64,000 nucleotides of DNA. It comes from Planktothrix sp. GU0601_MAG3 (GTDB taxonomy: Bacteria > Cyanobacteriota > Cyanobacteriia > Cyanobacteriales > Microcoleaceae). This document shows, piece after piece, positions 13,090 to 24,467 of this stretch. Made by a program: the position numbers and the translations under genes. Positions within the stretch are counted from its first letter, which is position 1; every line of letters starts with the position of its first letter. The notes under the pieces are model-generated. The model ran no database searches, was not told the DNA's origin, and worked only from the letters and a program-made list of their open reading frames with translations. The DNA is taken from NCBI GenBank assembly GCA_035193785.1, contig CP136572.1, positions 352,001 to 416,000 of the forward strand, read 5' to 3'.

Positions 13090-14495
13090 TTATAATAACT
13101 CCCGTACATCCGTAACTACACCGTTAACCGCCGCCGCCACCACCATGACCGGACTCATTAACAATGTCCGACCGTTGGCGGAAACCCTGACGGCCTTTAA
13201 AGTTGCGGTTAGAAGACGATGCACTCAGTTGATTTCCCTGTAACTTATCGGGGTTCATCGCCAAACACATAGAACATCCGGCCTCGCGCCATTCAAACCC
13301 CGCCGCTTCAAAGATTTTATCCAGTCCTTCGGCTTCGGCTTCGGCTTTTACCCGTTCTGAACCGGGAACCACAAAGGCTTTCACCCCACTGGCGACTTTC
13401 CGACCCTGGGCAAATTTAGCCGCTGCTCGCAGGTCACTGAGGCGGCCGTTGGTACAACTGCCGATAAAACAGACGTCTACTTTTGTCCCTTGAATGGGGG
13501 TTCCGGGGGTAAATTCCATGTATTGATAGGCTTCTTTAGCCACCTCCCGATCGGTTTCTGCAATCTCCTCTAAAGTAGGGATTAACTCATTAACCGCCAT
13601 TCCCTGTCCGGGGGTAATTCCCCAAGTTACGGTGGGAGCAATCTTCGTGGCATCAAATTTTACCACATCATCATAAACGGCATCCGTACTACTGCGGATA
13701 CTATTCCACCAAGTCACGGCTTTTTCCCAGTCCTCCCCTTTGGGGGCAAAATCTCGGCCCTGTAAATAGTCGTAGGTCACTTGATCGGGGTTAACATAGC
13801 CGCACCGGGCGCCCCCTTCAATGGACATATTACAGATCGTCATCCGTTCTTCCATGGACATCGCCTCAATGGTGCTTCCGGCGAATTCGTAGGCGTAGCC
13901 CACGCCCCCCTTTACCCCCAAGGTGCGGATAATATGCAGCACCACATCCTTTGCATAGACCCCGGGGGGCAGTTCTCCATTTACCTCGATTCGGCGGACT
14001 TTCAGTTTTCCTAACGCTAGGGTTTGGGATGCCAGCACATCCCGCACTTGAGAGGTTCCAATCCCAAAGGCGATCGCCCCAAATGCTCCATGGGTAGAGG
14101 TGTGGGAGTCCCCGCAGGCAATGGTCATCCCCGGTTGGGTTAATCCCTGTTCCGGTGCGATGACGTGGACAATCCCTTGGTTCCCAGAACCGATATTATA
14201 AAAACGGATACCATATTCTTGACAACTTTGTTCCAAGGACTGTATCATTTCTTCCGCCAAGGTATCCACAAAGGGACGAGCTTGGTTATCGGTGGGAACG
14301 ATATGATCGACGGTGGCGACAGTGCGTTCAGGACACAGAACTTTCAGGTGGCGATCGCGCAACATGGCAAACGCTTGGGGACTGGTGACTTCATGGATCA
14401 GGTGCAAACCAATGAAAAGTTGAGTCTGTCCTGATGGCAGGGTTTCCAACGGTATGCAACTCCCATACTTGATCAAATAGTGTTCTTTCGCTCAT
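13090..14495 (-). CDS. leuC: 3-isopropylmalate dehydratase large subunit (frameshifts near both ends)
   Basis: [40 protein letters not shown] and [10 protein letters not shown] motifs. Confidence 0.95.
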
Positions 14496-14641
14496 AGAAT
14501 CTAAAAAATAACTGCGTTTGTAACGCTCGCACTACTGGCATTTATTTTAGCGGTTAATGGATTTGTGGCGTTAACTGTTGGGAATAACTTAATCTCTAGG
14601 GATTGATAATAAATAGTGAACTACCTACACCTCTGGTACGA

Positions 14642-14686
14642 GTAGGGGCGAATGGCCATTCGCCCCTAATTTGCCATTCGCCCCTA
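14642..14686. repeat. REP-like palindrome GTAGGGGCGAATGGCCATTCGCCCCTA with a partial tandem duplication
   Basis: Same palindrome at 2710-2737 and 54357-54384. Confidence 0.75.
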
Positions 14687-15276
14687 ATTTATTGTTGTTG
14701 GGATAGGTATTCTCCCAGAGGTGCGGAAGATCAACAAAGATTTGAAGATCATCCAACACCCTATGGGAATTATGAATAGCCTAATTTACCCCGATTATGT
14801 CTAATTCGGAGGAACAATCGGATCATTTTCACTCGGTTTATTCTCTTGGGCCAGAACGATGAATGATGGGGAAGAATCAGCAATTTGAACCATAGAATGA
14901 CTTCCAATATGAGTGATCATTCCAAGATATTCAGGCGAAAAAACAGTCCCATTGATCAGACAAGACAACAGAAAATTTAACATGATTTTATCGTCTCCAT
15001 TTTTTAAGTAAAAAAAGCATGAAAAATGTGCATCAAAAATTCTTCCATTGCTTCCGTCAGTTATGCCTAAACAGTAAGCAGCAGAAATTAATTAAAAATC
15101 CAGTAGTGTCATTCCAAAAAATTGTCCAGCGGCAACAGGGAGGACAAAAGTTAGAAATACGGTTGAAAGATGTGTGGTTGTTGAGTAGCAGGTCGAAAAC
15201 AGCAGAATTAACTCATGGAATACCTTGAGTCCAATGAGTCTATTATCATTATATGTTGAATTGAGCCCTTCTACAA

Positions 15277-17067
15277 ATGTTGATCTCCTGGGACTATCCC
15301 CCAACCGCAGAACTATTGCAATACCTGGCCGGGGGACGGCTGGCTGTGAGGTTCCATCGAGCCGTTAGATTATGGGTTTTACTCCATCGCTTTTATGGTA
15401 TGGAGTCCCGTTGGATTATCCATTTACCCCAACCCTTTACCTATCCTGACCTGCGAAACCGTTTATTTTCCGAAAAACATCCCAAAAGCGATCGCCTCAA
15501 AGTTCAGAACATTCTGGCCGGATGTCGGGACAATTCTTGTATTTGCCAGCACTCGGTTATGGACTTACTCCAAAATCATTTCTCTCCAGAAACCTCGGAG
15601 GAGTGGAAACACCAGTTACAAACCCTCACCGGATGGTCAGATACCGAACTCCACCAGCAGTTACGGGGTTATCCCTTCGCCACCGTCCATCGCAGCCTGC
15701 GGGATGATCTTAAATTCTTGATAGACCTGGGGTGGTTGGGAAGGGGAGTAGGGGGAGTAGGGGGAGCGGGGGGAGCAGGGGGAGCAGGGGGAGCAGGGGG
15801 GGCAGGGGAGGCAGGGGGAGCAGGGGAGGCAGGGGGGGCAGGGGAGGCAGGGGGGGCAGGGGGAGTAGGGGGGGCAGGGGAGGTAGGGGGAGCAGGGGGG
15901 GTAGGGGGAGCAGGGGAGGCAGGGGGGGCAGGGGGAGCAGGGGAGGTAGAGGGAGCAGGGGAGGTAGGGGGAGCAGGGGGAGCAGGGGGAGCAGGGGAGG
16001 TAGGGGGAGCAGGGGAGGTAGAGGGAGCAGGGGGGGGAGTGTCTTTGGGCGCTAGATATAAAACATCAAATGCTGGATATAAACCATCAACTATTAGTTG
16101 CTACTATGGGGGAAATTCTCCAAAGTTGCCTATTTTCTCAATAACTAATACCCTGAATTTTTCGGGACTGTCTAAAACCCAACTTTGGGGACTATTACGA
16201 GTGTTAGAATCCGTGGTTTTTGTGCAGCCAAATTTGGAGGTTATAGTACAATCTTTATGGGAAGCATTGGTGGAAGATGGGGTTAAACCGACTGAGGAAA
16301 AAGAAGCAGAACCCCAAAGGCGAATTTTTATTAATTTGGATTATATTTTAGCCGATGAAAACCAGGATCGGGTTGACGGTTATCAGGAACAAATTGAACT
16401 GTTATGGCGTGATCCTATGGGTGGGGTAATTAATTTTAAAACCTGGATACCCGCCGAGGAAAAAAAGGTGGAGGTGACGGTTTATCCGGTTTGTTTGCAT
16501 TATGTTCGTCGGGCAAAATATCTGAGTGCTTTTGGGTTTGACCCGGAAGGAAGGTTGGGCTGGCATAATTATCGGTTGGATAGAATTGCTTCAGAATATC
16601 TTAGGGTTTTGTCTTGGGGCGATCGCCATATTCCCCCGGAACTTGAGCACCTGAAATTAACTGAAAGTCTCCCTACTTCTGAGGATGTACAAACCGAATT
16701 AGATGCGGCTTGGGGGTTTAATTTCTATTTACCTAGTCAATTATTAATTATGCGATTTAACCCAACTTTCGACCGTTGGTATGTGGATAATACGGACAGA
16801 CACCCAACTTTTAAGCCGATTTCCTATCCGGCGTTACCCGGATTAATTCGCCGTCATATTCCTAATTTGGAGGAACAAAAGGCCGTATTAGAGATTATTA
16901 ATCAACGTTCTCCCCAGGATTGCTATTATCAAGCATGGATACGGGTGGGGGATATTAATGTGTTAATGCGGTTACGAGAATGGCGGGGAAATGGGGAAGT
17001 GATTGCTCCTTTTTCCATTCGTCAACGGCTACATCAGGAGGCGTTAGAGGAGTTATCAAATTATTAG
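15277..17067 (+). CDS. CRISPR-associated WYL-domain regulator (TIGR03985-like) with an in-frame Gly/Ala repeat insertion
   Basis: [10 protein letters not shown]-terminus, [24 protein letters not shown] (WYL), AWGFNFY and RLREWR...EVIAP; next to the CRISPR locus. Confidence 0.8.
   Translation: MLISWDYPPTAELLQYLAGGRLAVRFHRAVRLWVLLHRFYGMESRWIIHLPQPFTYPDLRNRLFSEKHPKSDRLKVQNILAGCRDNSCICQHSVMDLLQNHFSPETSEEWKHQLQTLTGWSDTELHQQLRGYPFATVHRSLRDDLKFLIDLGWLGRGVGGVGGAGGAGGAGGAGGAGEAGGAGEAGGAGEAGGAGGVGGAGEVGGAGGVGGAGEAGGAGGAGEVEGAGEVGGAGGAGGAGEVGGAGEVEGAGGGVSLGARYKTSNAGYKPSTISCYYGGNSPKLPIFSITNTLNFSGLSKTQLWGLLRVLESVVFVQPNLEVIVQSLWEALVEDGVKPTEEKEAEPQRRIFINLDYILADENQDRVDGYQEQIELLWRDPMGGVINFKTWIPAEEKKVEVTVYPVCLHYVRRAKYLSAFGFDPEGRLGWHNYRLDRIASEYLRVLSWGDRHIPPELEHLKLTESLPTSEDVQTELDAAWGFNFYLPSQLLIMRFNPTFDRWYVDNTDRHPTFKPISYPALPGLIRRHIPNLEEQKAVLEIINQRSPQDCYYQAWIRVGDINVLMRLREWRGNGEVIAPFSIRQRLHQEALEELSNY
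15743..16040 (+). repeat. About 33 imperfect 9-bp G-rich tandem repeats (GGGGAGCAG type) inside the WYL gene
   Basis: Direct inspection; encodes GGA/GEA/GEV triplets. Confidence 0.9.
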
Positions 17068-17322
17068 AATATGGGATATTTTAGAAAAAATTGCTATAGT
17101 GGTTTCAGAGTTTTAATTCTCTAGGGAGGTGTTTCCATGACTATTATAATCTCCGATGAAATTATCCAAGCCTCTCAACTGACTCCAAAGGAGTTTTGTC
17201 AAGAAATTGCACTCTATTTATTTGAGACGGGTCACTTAACAGTCGGTTATGCAAGTCAACTGGCGGATATGCCTACTGATGTTTTTCGTCAACTTCTGAA
17301 GCAGCGCCATATTCCTCTTTAT

Positions 17323-18670
17323 CGAAAATGGGAGCCAGAAGACCCGCACCATAAGGAACGTTGGTGTCAGGATGAATGGCGACCCCAAAAAAACAAATTA
17401 CAGAATTTGTATTAGAATGTAAAGCATGACAGAAAAAGCCTACCGCTACCGATTCTATCCAACTCCTGAACAAGAAGATCTGTTGAGGAGAACATTGGGG
17501 TGTGTTCGACTAATCTACAATAAAGCATTAGCTCAAAGAACCCAAGCCTGGTATGAAAAAAAAGAACGAGTAGGCTATTCTGAAACATCTTCCCAGTTAA
17601 CTGAATGGAAAAAAGAAGAAGAACTGAACTTTCTTAATGATGTTAGCTCAGTTCCACTTCAGCAGGGATTAAGACATCTGCAAACCGCTTTTACCAACTT
17701 TTTTGCAGGTCGGGCTAAATATCCGAACTTCAAGAAAAAACGTCATGGAGGTAGTGCAGAATTTACCAAAGCTGCATTCACCTATAAAAACGGTGAAATC
17801 TATTTAGCTAAGAATAAACAACCTTTACCGATTCGGTGGAGTCGTCAACTTCCAAAAGGATGTCAACCCTCAACCATAACAGTTAAGTTAGACCCTAGCG
17901 GTCGATGGTTTGTCTCTTTAAGAATTGATGACCCAACTAATAACAAATTAGAACCCACCGAAAAAAATGTAGGAATAGATTTAGGAATTTCTAGTCTATT
18001 GACTACATCCGACGGGGTTAAGGTTGCCAATCCTAAACACTTTAATCAGTTATACAAAAAACTTCGACTTGCTCAAAAATCTTTGAGTCGGAAAATCAAA
18101 GGCTCAAAAAATCGAGAGAAAGCCCGAAAAAAAGTAGCCCGAATTCACGCCCAAATTGCCGATTGTAGAAGGGACTATACTCACAAGTTAAGCACTCAAC
18201 TGATTCGGGAAAATCAAACGATAGTAGTTGAGGATTTAGCCGTAGGAAATCTAATCAAGAATCCTAAATTAGCCCGGGCAATTAGTGATGCAAATTGGGC
18301 TGAATTTGTTCGTCAGTTAACCTATAAGGCTGATTGGTACGGGCGAAAATTGATTAAAATAGACCGATGGTTTCCTAGTTCCAAACGTTGTGGAAACTGT
18401 GGACACATTTTAGATAAATTGCCGTTAAATATCAGGGAATGGGATTGTCCTAATTGTGGGACACATCATGACCGCGATCTTAATGCGGCCAATAACATTT
18501 TGGCGGCAGGACTTGCCGTGTCAGTCTGTGGAGCGACCGTAAGACCGGAAACAGAGTAAATCTGTTTCGGCTGGTGCGAAAACCCGTGCATGGACGGAAG
18601 CAGAAAACCAAGTCGTGAGTCTTGGGAATCCCACACCATAAGCGAAGCGTTGGTGTTGGGAGGATGTCAA
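17323..18670 (+). mobile_element. IS200/IS605-family element, tnpB-only (IS1341-like)
   Basis: Inserted after TTTAT with no target duplication, right end GGATGTCAA; related subterminal hairpins at both ends (CACCATAAG...CGTTGGTG). Confidence 0.9.
17426..18559 (+). CDS. tnpB: RNA-guided endonuclease TnpB
   Basis: AYRYRFYPT N-terminus, RuvC GIDLG / VVEDL / DRDLNAA, zinc finger CGNC...CPNC. Confidence 0.95.
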   Translation: MTEKAYRYRFYPTPEQEDLLRRTLGCVRLIYNKALAQRTQAWYEKKERVGYSETSSQLTEWKKEEELNFLNDVSSVPLQQGLRHLQTAFTNFFAGRAKYPNFKKKRHGGSAEFTKAAFTYKNGEIYLAKNKQPLPIRWSRQLPKGCQPSTITVKLDPSGRWFVSLRIDDPTNNKLEPTEKNVGIDLGISSLLTTSDGVKVANPKHFNQLYKKLRLAQKSLSRKIKGSKNREKARKKVARIHAQIADCRRDYTHKLSTQLIRENQTIVVEDLAVGNLIKNPKLARAISDANWAEFVRQLTYKADWYGRKLIKIDRWFPSSKRCGNCGHILDKLPLNIREWDCPNCGTHHDRDLNAANNILAAGLAVSVCGATVRPETE

Positions 18671-18769
18671 TCCTATGATGTGGAAGATTTTGAACTGGAC
18701 TTGAAAAACTTGCGGGAGTTGGGGCGATTGTGATTATATAACCATTTAATAATATGAAAAATTTGCGCG

Positions 18770-21700
18770 GTTTCCGTCCCCTTGCGGGGAAAAGGTAGAA
18801 AACTACTCTAAAAGGAAACTCATATGACTGCTTATACTATTGGTTTCCGTCCCCTTGCGGGGAAAAGATAGAAAACTACATAATTCCATATAAATGTTTT
18901 ATTAGATGTCTCAAGTTTCCGTCCCCTTGCGGGGAAAAGATAGAAAACTACTTGAATTGATCCCGGGTAAATACCTTCCTTCCTCTGAAGGGTTTCCGTC
19001 CCCTTGCGGGGAAAAGATAGAAAACTACGAGTTAATTAACTCTGCAGCAAAAGGTGCTCTAAAGAAGTTTCCGTCCCCTTGCGGGGAAAAGATAGAAAAC
19101 TACTGGGGAGAAGAAAGATTGGAGCAACAATCAGTAAGCTGTTTCCGTCCCCTTGCGGGGAAAAGATAGAAAACTACAAGAAATGGTCAGGGAAAACCAT
19201 TGACTGTTCTAGCTTTGAGTTTCCGTCCCCTTGCGGGGAAAAGATAGAAAACTACATAATCAGCCTTAACTTTACGTCCATCAAAGGCGAGGACGTGTTT
19301 CCGTCCCCTTGCGGGGAAAAGATAGAAAACTACGGGATTCTTGTACTTCTCTAGTGAAAGCCCTATGGCTAGTTTCCGTCCCCTTGCGGGGAAAAGATAG
19401 AAAACTACAAAAGAAGTTTGCGACCCACTGGGAAAATATGTTCCCTGGTTTCCGTCCCCTTGCGGGGAAAAGATAGAAAACTACAAGAAAGTGAATTGAA
19501 ACAAGTGGGCAGAAGCCCTTAAAGGACGGTTTCCGTCCCCTTGCGGGGAAAAGATAGAAAACTACGAAAGATTATTATTCATTTGGTTGGCCCTGCTCTA
19601 AGTTTCCGTCCCCTTGCGGGGAAAAGATAGAAAACTACCTTAAAACTTAATCATATTGGATGAAAACATGGGATATGGGTTTCCGTCCCCTTGCGGGGAA
19701 AAGATAGAAAACTACAGGGTTATATCAAATGAAAATAGAATTAGCTAGATGTTTTACTGTTGTTTCCGTCCCCTTGCGGGGAAAAGATAGAAAACTACTA
19801 TAAAACCACATTCTTCATTGAATTTGCTTATTTGTTTCCGTCCCCTTGCGGGGAAAAGATAGAAAACTACTAAGAGGCAGGTTCAATTGCACCATAGGGT
19901 CGTCGCGTTTCCGTCCCCTTGCGGGGAAAAGATAGAAAACTACATAACGGTATGTGGCGTATAGAAGGTTCAAATGGGTTTCCGTCCCCTTGCGGGGAAA
20001 AGATAGAAAACTACGAGGTTAGGGTAACGCGCTCTGGTAAGTCAGGAGCAAGTTTCCGTCCCCTTGCGGGGAAAAGATAGAAAACTACGAAGACTGCTTT
20101 AACCCCGAAGACATTCTGTTGATTCCACCTGTTTCCGTCCCCTTGCGGGGAAAAGATAGAAAACTACTTCGCCCTTAAGCCCTCTTAAAAGGAACAAAGT
20201 ACACAAGTTTCCGTCCCCTTGCGGGGAAAAGATAGAAAACTACAATAACACCAGTAGTAGTGTCCACCCTCACCCGTTTCCGTCCCCTTGCGGGGAAAAG
20301 ATAGAAAACTACTCTCCCATTCTGCGTTTCTACTAATGGAAACAACTTAGGTTTCCGTCCCCTTGCGGGGAAAAGATAGAAAACTACACTTAGTGAATAT
20401 CTTGAGTGGTCGTAGCAAACATGAGTTTCCGTCCCCTTGCGGGGAAAAGATAGAAAACTACGTGGTGGTGAATTCTTAGTCCAAGACCTTGCCAATCTTG
20501 ATGGTTTCCGTCCCCTTGCGGGGAAAAGATAGAAAACTACAACACCATAACCAGTACCAACATTAATCTGGTAATGACCAGTTTCCGTCCCCTTGCGGGG
20601 AAAAGATAGAAAACTACGAGATTATGTGGCTAAGTTATTCAAAGGGGAAGATGCCTGTTTCCGTCCCCTTGCGGGGAAAAGATAGAAAACTACAAAGGTT
20701 GTTGTCTTTGTGTTCAAAGCTGGGATGTGAAGTTTCCGTCCCCTTGCGGGGAAAAGATAGAAAACTACGGTAAACCTAAGATGGAAGTTTCTCAGCCGTC
20801 TGAGTGGTTTCCGTCCCCTTGCGGGGAAAAGATAGAAAACTACCCTTCCAACGAGAATGGGCTATTGGTGAAGAAACTATGTTTCCGTCCCCTTGCGGGG
20901 AAAAGATAGAAAACTACAATTGTGCAACCATAACGATCCTATCAATGTAAATTACATTGTTTCCGTCCCCTTGCGGGGAAAAGATAGAAAACTACTTATC
21001 TGCCGAACTCAATGGTGGGCCTTCCCAGAGTTCCCTGGTTTCCGTCCCCTTGCGGGGAAAAGATAGAAAACTACCTACTTAATGGTACGCTACCCTAGGC
21101 GTGAGGCTGAATGATAAGGGTAGTTTCCGTCCCCTTGCGGGGAAAAGATAGAAAACTACGGCTCGTGTTGGTATTACTTCTCACGATAGTGGGGAAACCG
21201 TTTCCGTCCCCTTGCGGGGAAAAGATAGAAAACTACGTGCCTTTGTACAGGGTCATTGGGTCGTGTCATTCCCTGTTTCCGTCCCCTTGCGGGGAAAAGA
21301 TAGAAAACTACCACCACCACCAACTTTGACAAAGACTATTACCGGGCCTTGTTTCCGTCCCCTTGCGGGGAAAAGATAGAAAACTACTCGGCGTGGTGGT
21401 GGCAACTACCGTACACTGATTGAATTCGGTACCCCCGAGTTTCCGTCCCCTTGCGGGGAAAAGATAGAAAACTACAGGGAATATTTTAGAGCCATCCTGC
21501 GGTAATGGAGTTGTTTCCGTCCCCTTGCGGGGAAAAGATAGAAAACTACCTGCTATCGTTGTTGCTTCATTTGTCACTCTTTCAACTCCCGCGTTTCCGT
21601 CCCCTTGCGGGGAAAAGATAGAAAACTACTGTTTGAGGTAATTGAAGGGGATGAGGAGGACTACCGTTTCCGTCCCCTTGCGGGGAAAAGATAGAAAACT

Positions 21701-22005
21701 ACCGAACCGACTGTCCCACCCCAATACTTCTTTTGGGAGTTTCCGTCCCCTTGCGGGGAAAAGATAGAAAACTACTTGCCAGCGAAAGCATACGGTTCGT
21801 CTAATTGTTCAATGAAATGGTTTCCGTCCCCTTGCGGGGAAAAGATAGAAAACTACGTTCGGACTTGAATCCGACGCTATTTTTAAGGCTTCAAAGTTTC
21901 CGTCCCCTTGCGGGGAAAAGATAGAAAACTACTTGGTTTCGGGCTTACAACCCCTTTAACTCAAGTTCGTTTCCGTCCCCTTGCGGGGAAAAGATAGAAA
22001 ACTAC
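18770..22005 (-). CRISPR. CRISPR array: 43 repeats of 37 bp and 42 spacers (about 32-51 nt); minus-strand repeat GTAGTTTTCTATCTTTTCCCCGCAAGGGGACGGAAAC
   Basis: Counted by eye; repeat ends in GAAAC on the minus strand, the one variant repeat is at the left (trailer) end, and the leader faces cas2. Confidence 0.97.
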
Positions 22006-22366
22006 CCTACCCTTCTGGAAACCTTACGCTATTTAGTTTTCAAAGTGCGTTTGCGCGAGAGTACGGATAAATGGCTGGTATAAAAACGAAAATAGGTTGT
22101 TTTTAACCGCCAAAACCCTTAAATTTCTCGATATTCAGAACTATAACCGAATTTCCCTAACGAGTCAACCCCCAAATCCATAAAAATCTCAAAAAATCTT
22201 CATCCCTGATGTCCTGACGCTTTCTAGCTTCCCGCGACAACAGATGAGAAAAACCAACAAAACATTACAATCCGATAGAACCCAATAAAATAGAAGGCTT
22301 AACCCCAATTTGTTAATCAAATCCGAGTTAAAACGTTCTAAAAATCTGAGAAAAAGTAATATTCCG
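22006..22366 (-). promoter_or_regulatory. CRISPR leader
   Basis: AT-rich non-coding stretch between cas2 and the first conserved repeat. Confidence 0.7.
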
Positions 22367-22651
22367 TTACAAAATCAGATAATCCGGCGGTTCATAGGGC
22401 GGATCACTCCCAAACACCCGCGTCTGTTGCTTGGCCACATTATCCAAAGGATAGACCCGCAAACTATCCTCATCCAACTGCAACACTTTGAGCCAACGCT
22501 GTTCTAGTAAATGTTCCAAAACCGCAGGTTTCAAGGGACATTCAAAAACCGAATATTGCACCCGTTGACAACGCTGTTCCAGTAACTTTGCCAATTTATT
22601 CCGGCGCTTATCATCCCGAACGTCATAGCAAACCAACCATAATTCAGTCAT
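22367..22651 (-). CDS. cas2: CRISPR-associated endonuclease Cas2
   Basis: LVCYDVRDDKRR, RVQYSVFEC, DSLRVYPL. Confidence 0.95.
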   Translation of the reverse strand: MTELWLVCYDVRDDKRRNKLAKLLEQRCQRVQYSVFECPLKPAVLEHLLEQRWLKVLQLDEDSLRVYPLDNVAKQQTRVFGSDPPYEPPDYLIL

Positions 22652-22721
22652 CAGTGTAGAGACGTGCCATGGCGCGTCTATATTAGTTATCAGTTGAAAA
22701 TCTACTACTTTCTTTCTAGGT

Positions 22722-22869
22722 TAGATCCCCCCTAGCCCCCCTTAAAAAAGGGGGAACCGGACGTATTATTCACAAGTATTTATTACCTAAACCATCATAA
22801 TTAACCCACCTTCGTGATCTTCAAATATCTTCAAAGTCCCCCTTTTTAATGGGGATTTAGGGGGATCTA
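22722..22869. repeat. Dispersed cyanobacterial inverted-repeat element (TAGATCCCCC...GGGGGATCTA)
   Basis: Imperfect long inverted ends; a related half-copy lies at 53757-53792. Confidence 0.6.
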
Positions 22870-22930
22870 GTCTAGGATAAAAACACTAATCTTCCCCATT
22901 CGTAATTCGTAATTCGTAATTCGTAATTCC

Positions 22931-23947
22931 TTATTTCAACACAAACCCCTGATAATCTAGCCTACACTCCACCAAACATCGGGCCAGCGATCGCGCCTGT
23001 TCCAATAAAATTTGACTCAAACTCAACCGACGATTTTGGGCTGGATAGAGAAAAGGTTCCCGCAGACGACGTTCTAACTGTCCTAACAATAACTTTTTCG
23101 CCGTTACCCCCAACCAGATCCCCTCCCCATCGGGAGACGGTTGAAAATCCGACCGTTGAAGTAAATCCGATTTAATCATAGAAATCACCGCCTGATCCAC
23201 CACCACCGGGCGAAATTCCTCCATTAAATCTAAGACCAAATTGGGGCGATAGGGTTCGGTGGCGTGGAAAAACCCCAAATAGGGATCAAGTCCCGCCTGA
23301 ACACAAGCCACAAATACCCGCGCCAATAATACCCCATAACCCCAACTCAATAACGCATTAATTGGATCAAGGGGCGGGCGACGGTTGCGTCCGGTGAAAT
23401 TCCACTGGGACGGGAAATAATGTCGCAAGGCTTGATAATAGGTGCGGGCACAAATTCCCTCAATTCCCATCAATTCAGAACGGTTGAGGGGAGTGGAAAT
23501 ATTTTTCAATTGGAGCATATAGGCGGCGATCGCATCAATAGCTTCGGCTAACTCGCTAATTTGGGCTTTTGTAGACTGATGGTGCTGTTGAAGTAGTACC
23601 CGTTGGTTACGAATTTTTGCCATAACTAATAGTTGGGCCAGCGCCATCCCAAAAGTCGTATCAACAATTCGATATTGAGCGAGTCTGAAAATCGGGTTAG
23701 TTTGAAATTGTCCCTGAAGACGTCCGCGAAACTGTCCATCCCGTCGGAGAAATAGGGTTTCTATTCCTCGATCTAGGAGTTGGGCGATCGCTTCATCCGT
23801 TAACTGGACTCCAGGTAAAATCACCACTAAGGTTAATTCCACTAACCGACAGCTATGGGTTTTATCCTGATATTTGACCAAAAAACTCTGATTTTGATAG
23901 CGAACAACGGTTCCAGGTTCAGTTAAATATAGAGTTGTCATAGCCAC
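22931..23947 (-). CDS. cas1: CRISPR-associated endonuclease Cas1 (no RT fusion)
   Basis: LMGIEG, RRPPLDPINALLSWGY, GLDPYLGFFH and LVLDLMEEFRP motifs. Confidence 0.95.
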   Translation of the reverse strand: MAMTTLYLTEPGTVVRYQNQSFLVKYQDKTHSCRLVELTLVVILPGVQLTDEAIAQLLDRGIETLFLRRDGQFRGRLQGQFQTNPIFRLAQYRIVDTTFGMALAQLLVMAKIRNQRVLLQQHHQSTKAQISELAEAIDAIAAYMLQLKNISTPLNRSELMGIEGICARTYYQALRHYFPSQWNFTGRNRRPPLDPINALLSWGYGVLLARVFVACVQAGLDPYLGFFHATEPYRPNLVLDLMEEFRPVVVDQAVISMIKSDLLQRSDFQPSPDGEGIWLGVTAKKLLLGQLERRLREPFLYPAQNRRLSLSQILLEQARSLARCLVECRLDYQGFVLK

Positions 23948-24090
23948 AAATTACAAAACCAGCAAACCCGGTTTCTCGGGTGGTCTTTCCATTATCTCGG
24001 TGATGTAGAAGACCCCATTTCCACACCCGGCCATAATTAAAGATCAGAAATCAGCAAACCTGGTTTCTCAATTTTATGGAGAATTGCGAT

Positions 24091-24403
24091 ATGCCAATTT
24101 CCTTAACTCGAAACCCTAGTTCGTTACCGTATTCTGGGTGTAGCGATCGCCAATGGGGTCGTTACCTGGATCATCTTAATTATTGCGCCCCTGGGACTCT
24201 TTGCCGTTATTACCTGTACCCTAGCTGTCTTTATTAGTAGCGTGATCGTGACTTGGTTAGGCGATCGGGCCCTCGATCATCTCTTACAACTAGAAGGGGA
24301 ACAACTGCGACAAACAGACCTAACCCCAAACCCCGGTGCGTCAACATTTCAAAGCGATCGCAACTTATCCAACCCACAACGCCGAGAAATCAGCGATCGC
24401 TAA
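24091..24403 (+). CDS. csx18: Csx18-like small membrane protein (frameshift near 24107; missed by the ORF track)
   Basis: Manual translation MPISL.ETLVRYRILGVAIANGVVTWIILIIAPLGLFAVITCTLAVFISSVIVTWLGDRAL...; IAPLGL motif, divergent from cas1. Confidence 0.7.
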
Positions 24404-24467
24404 TTTGCCAAAAATGCGTAAAACCTGAAAATCGAACCAATATGAATATAGATCCCGATTAACCGCC

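Larger units (their letters stand above)
17137..18733 (+). pseudogene. UPF0175-family antitoxin-like gene interrupted by an IS (5' part 17137-17322, 3' part 18671-18733)
   Basis: Removing 17323-18670 rejoins an intact 82-aa frame ...RHIPLY|SYDVEDFELDLKNLRELGRL*. Confidence 0.85.

Noticed and set aside
14801..15304. Short ORFs upstream of the WYL gene (possible small peptides)
   Set aside because: No recognisable motif or family; cannot be supported from the sequence alone.
15732..16055. Arg/Gly-rich 107-aa ORF
   Set aside because: Alternative frame of the 9-bp repeat inside the WYL gene.
17323..17415. C-terminal 30 aa of the 92-aa ORF at 17137
   Set aside because: Read-through into the IS left end; the true C-terminus is at 18671-18733.
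18906..21577. ORFs with repeated FPSPCGEKIENY peptides
   Set aside because: These are translations of CRISPR repeats.
17426..22005. TnpB plus array as a type V (Cas12f-like) system
   Set aside because: TnpB sits inside a complete IS with both ends that splits another gene. The array runs the opposite way, has a type III-style repeat, and has its leader at cas2. The only repeat similarity in the IS end (GGACGGAA, 8 nt) is chance-level.
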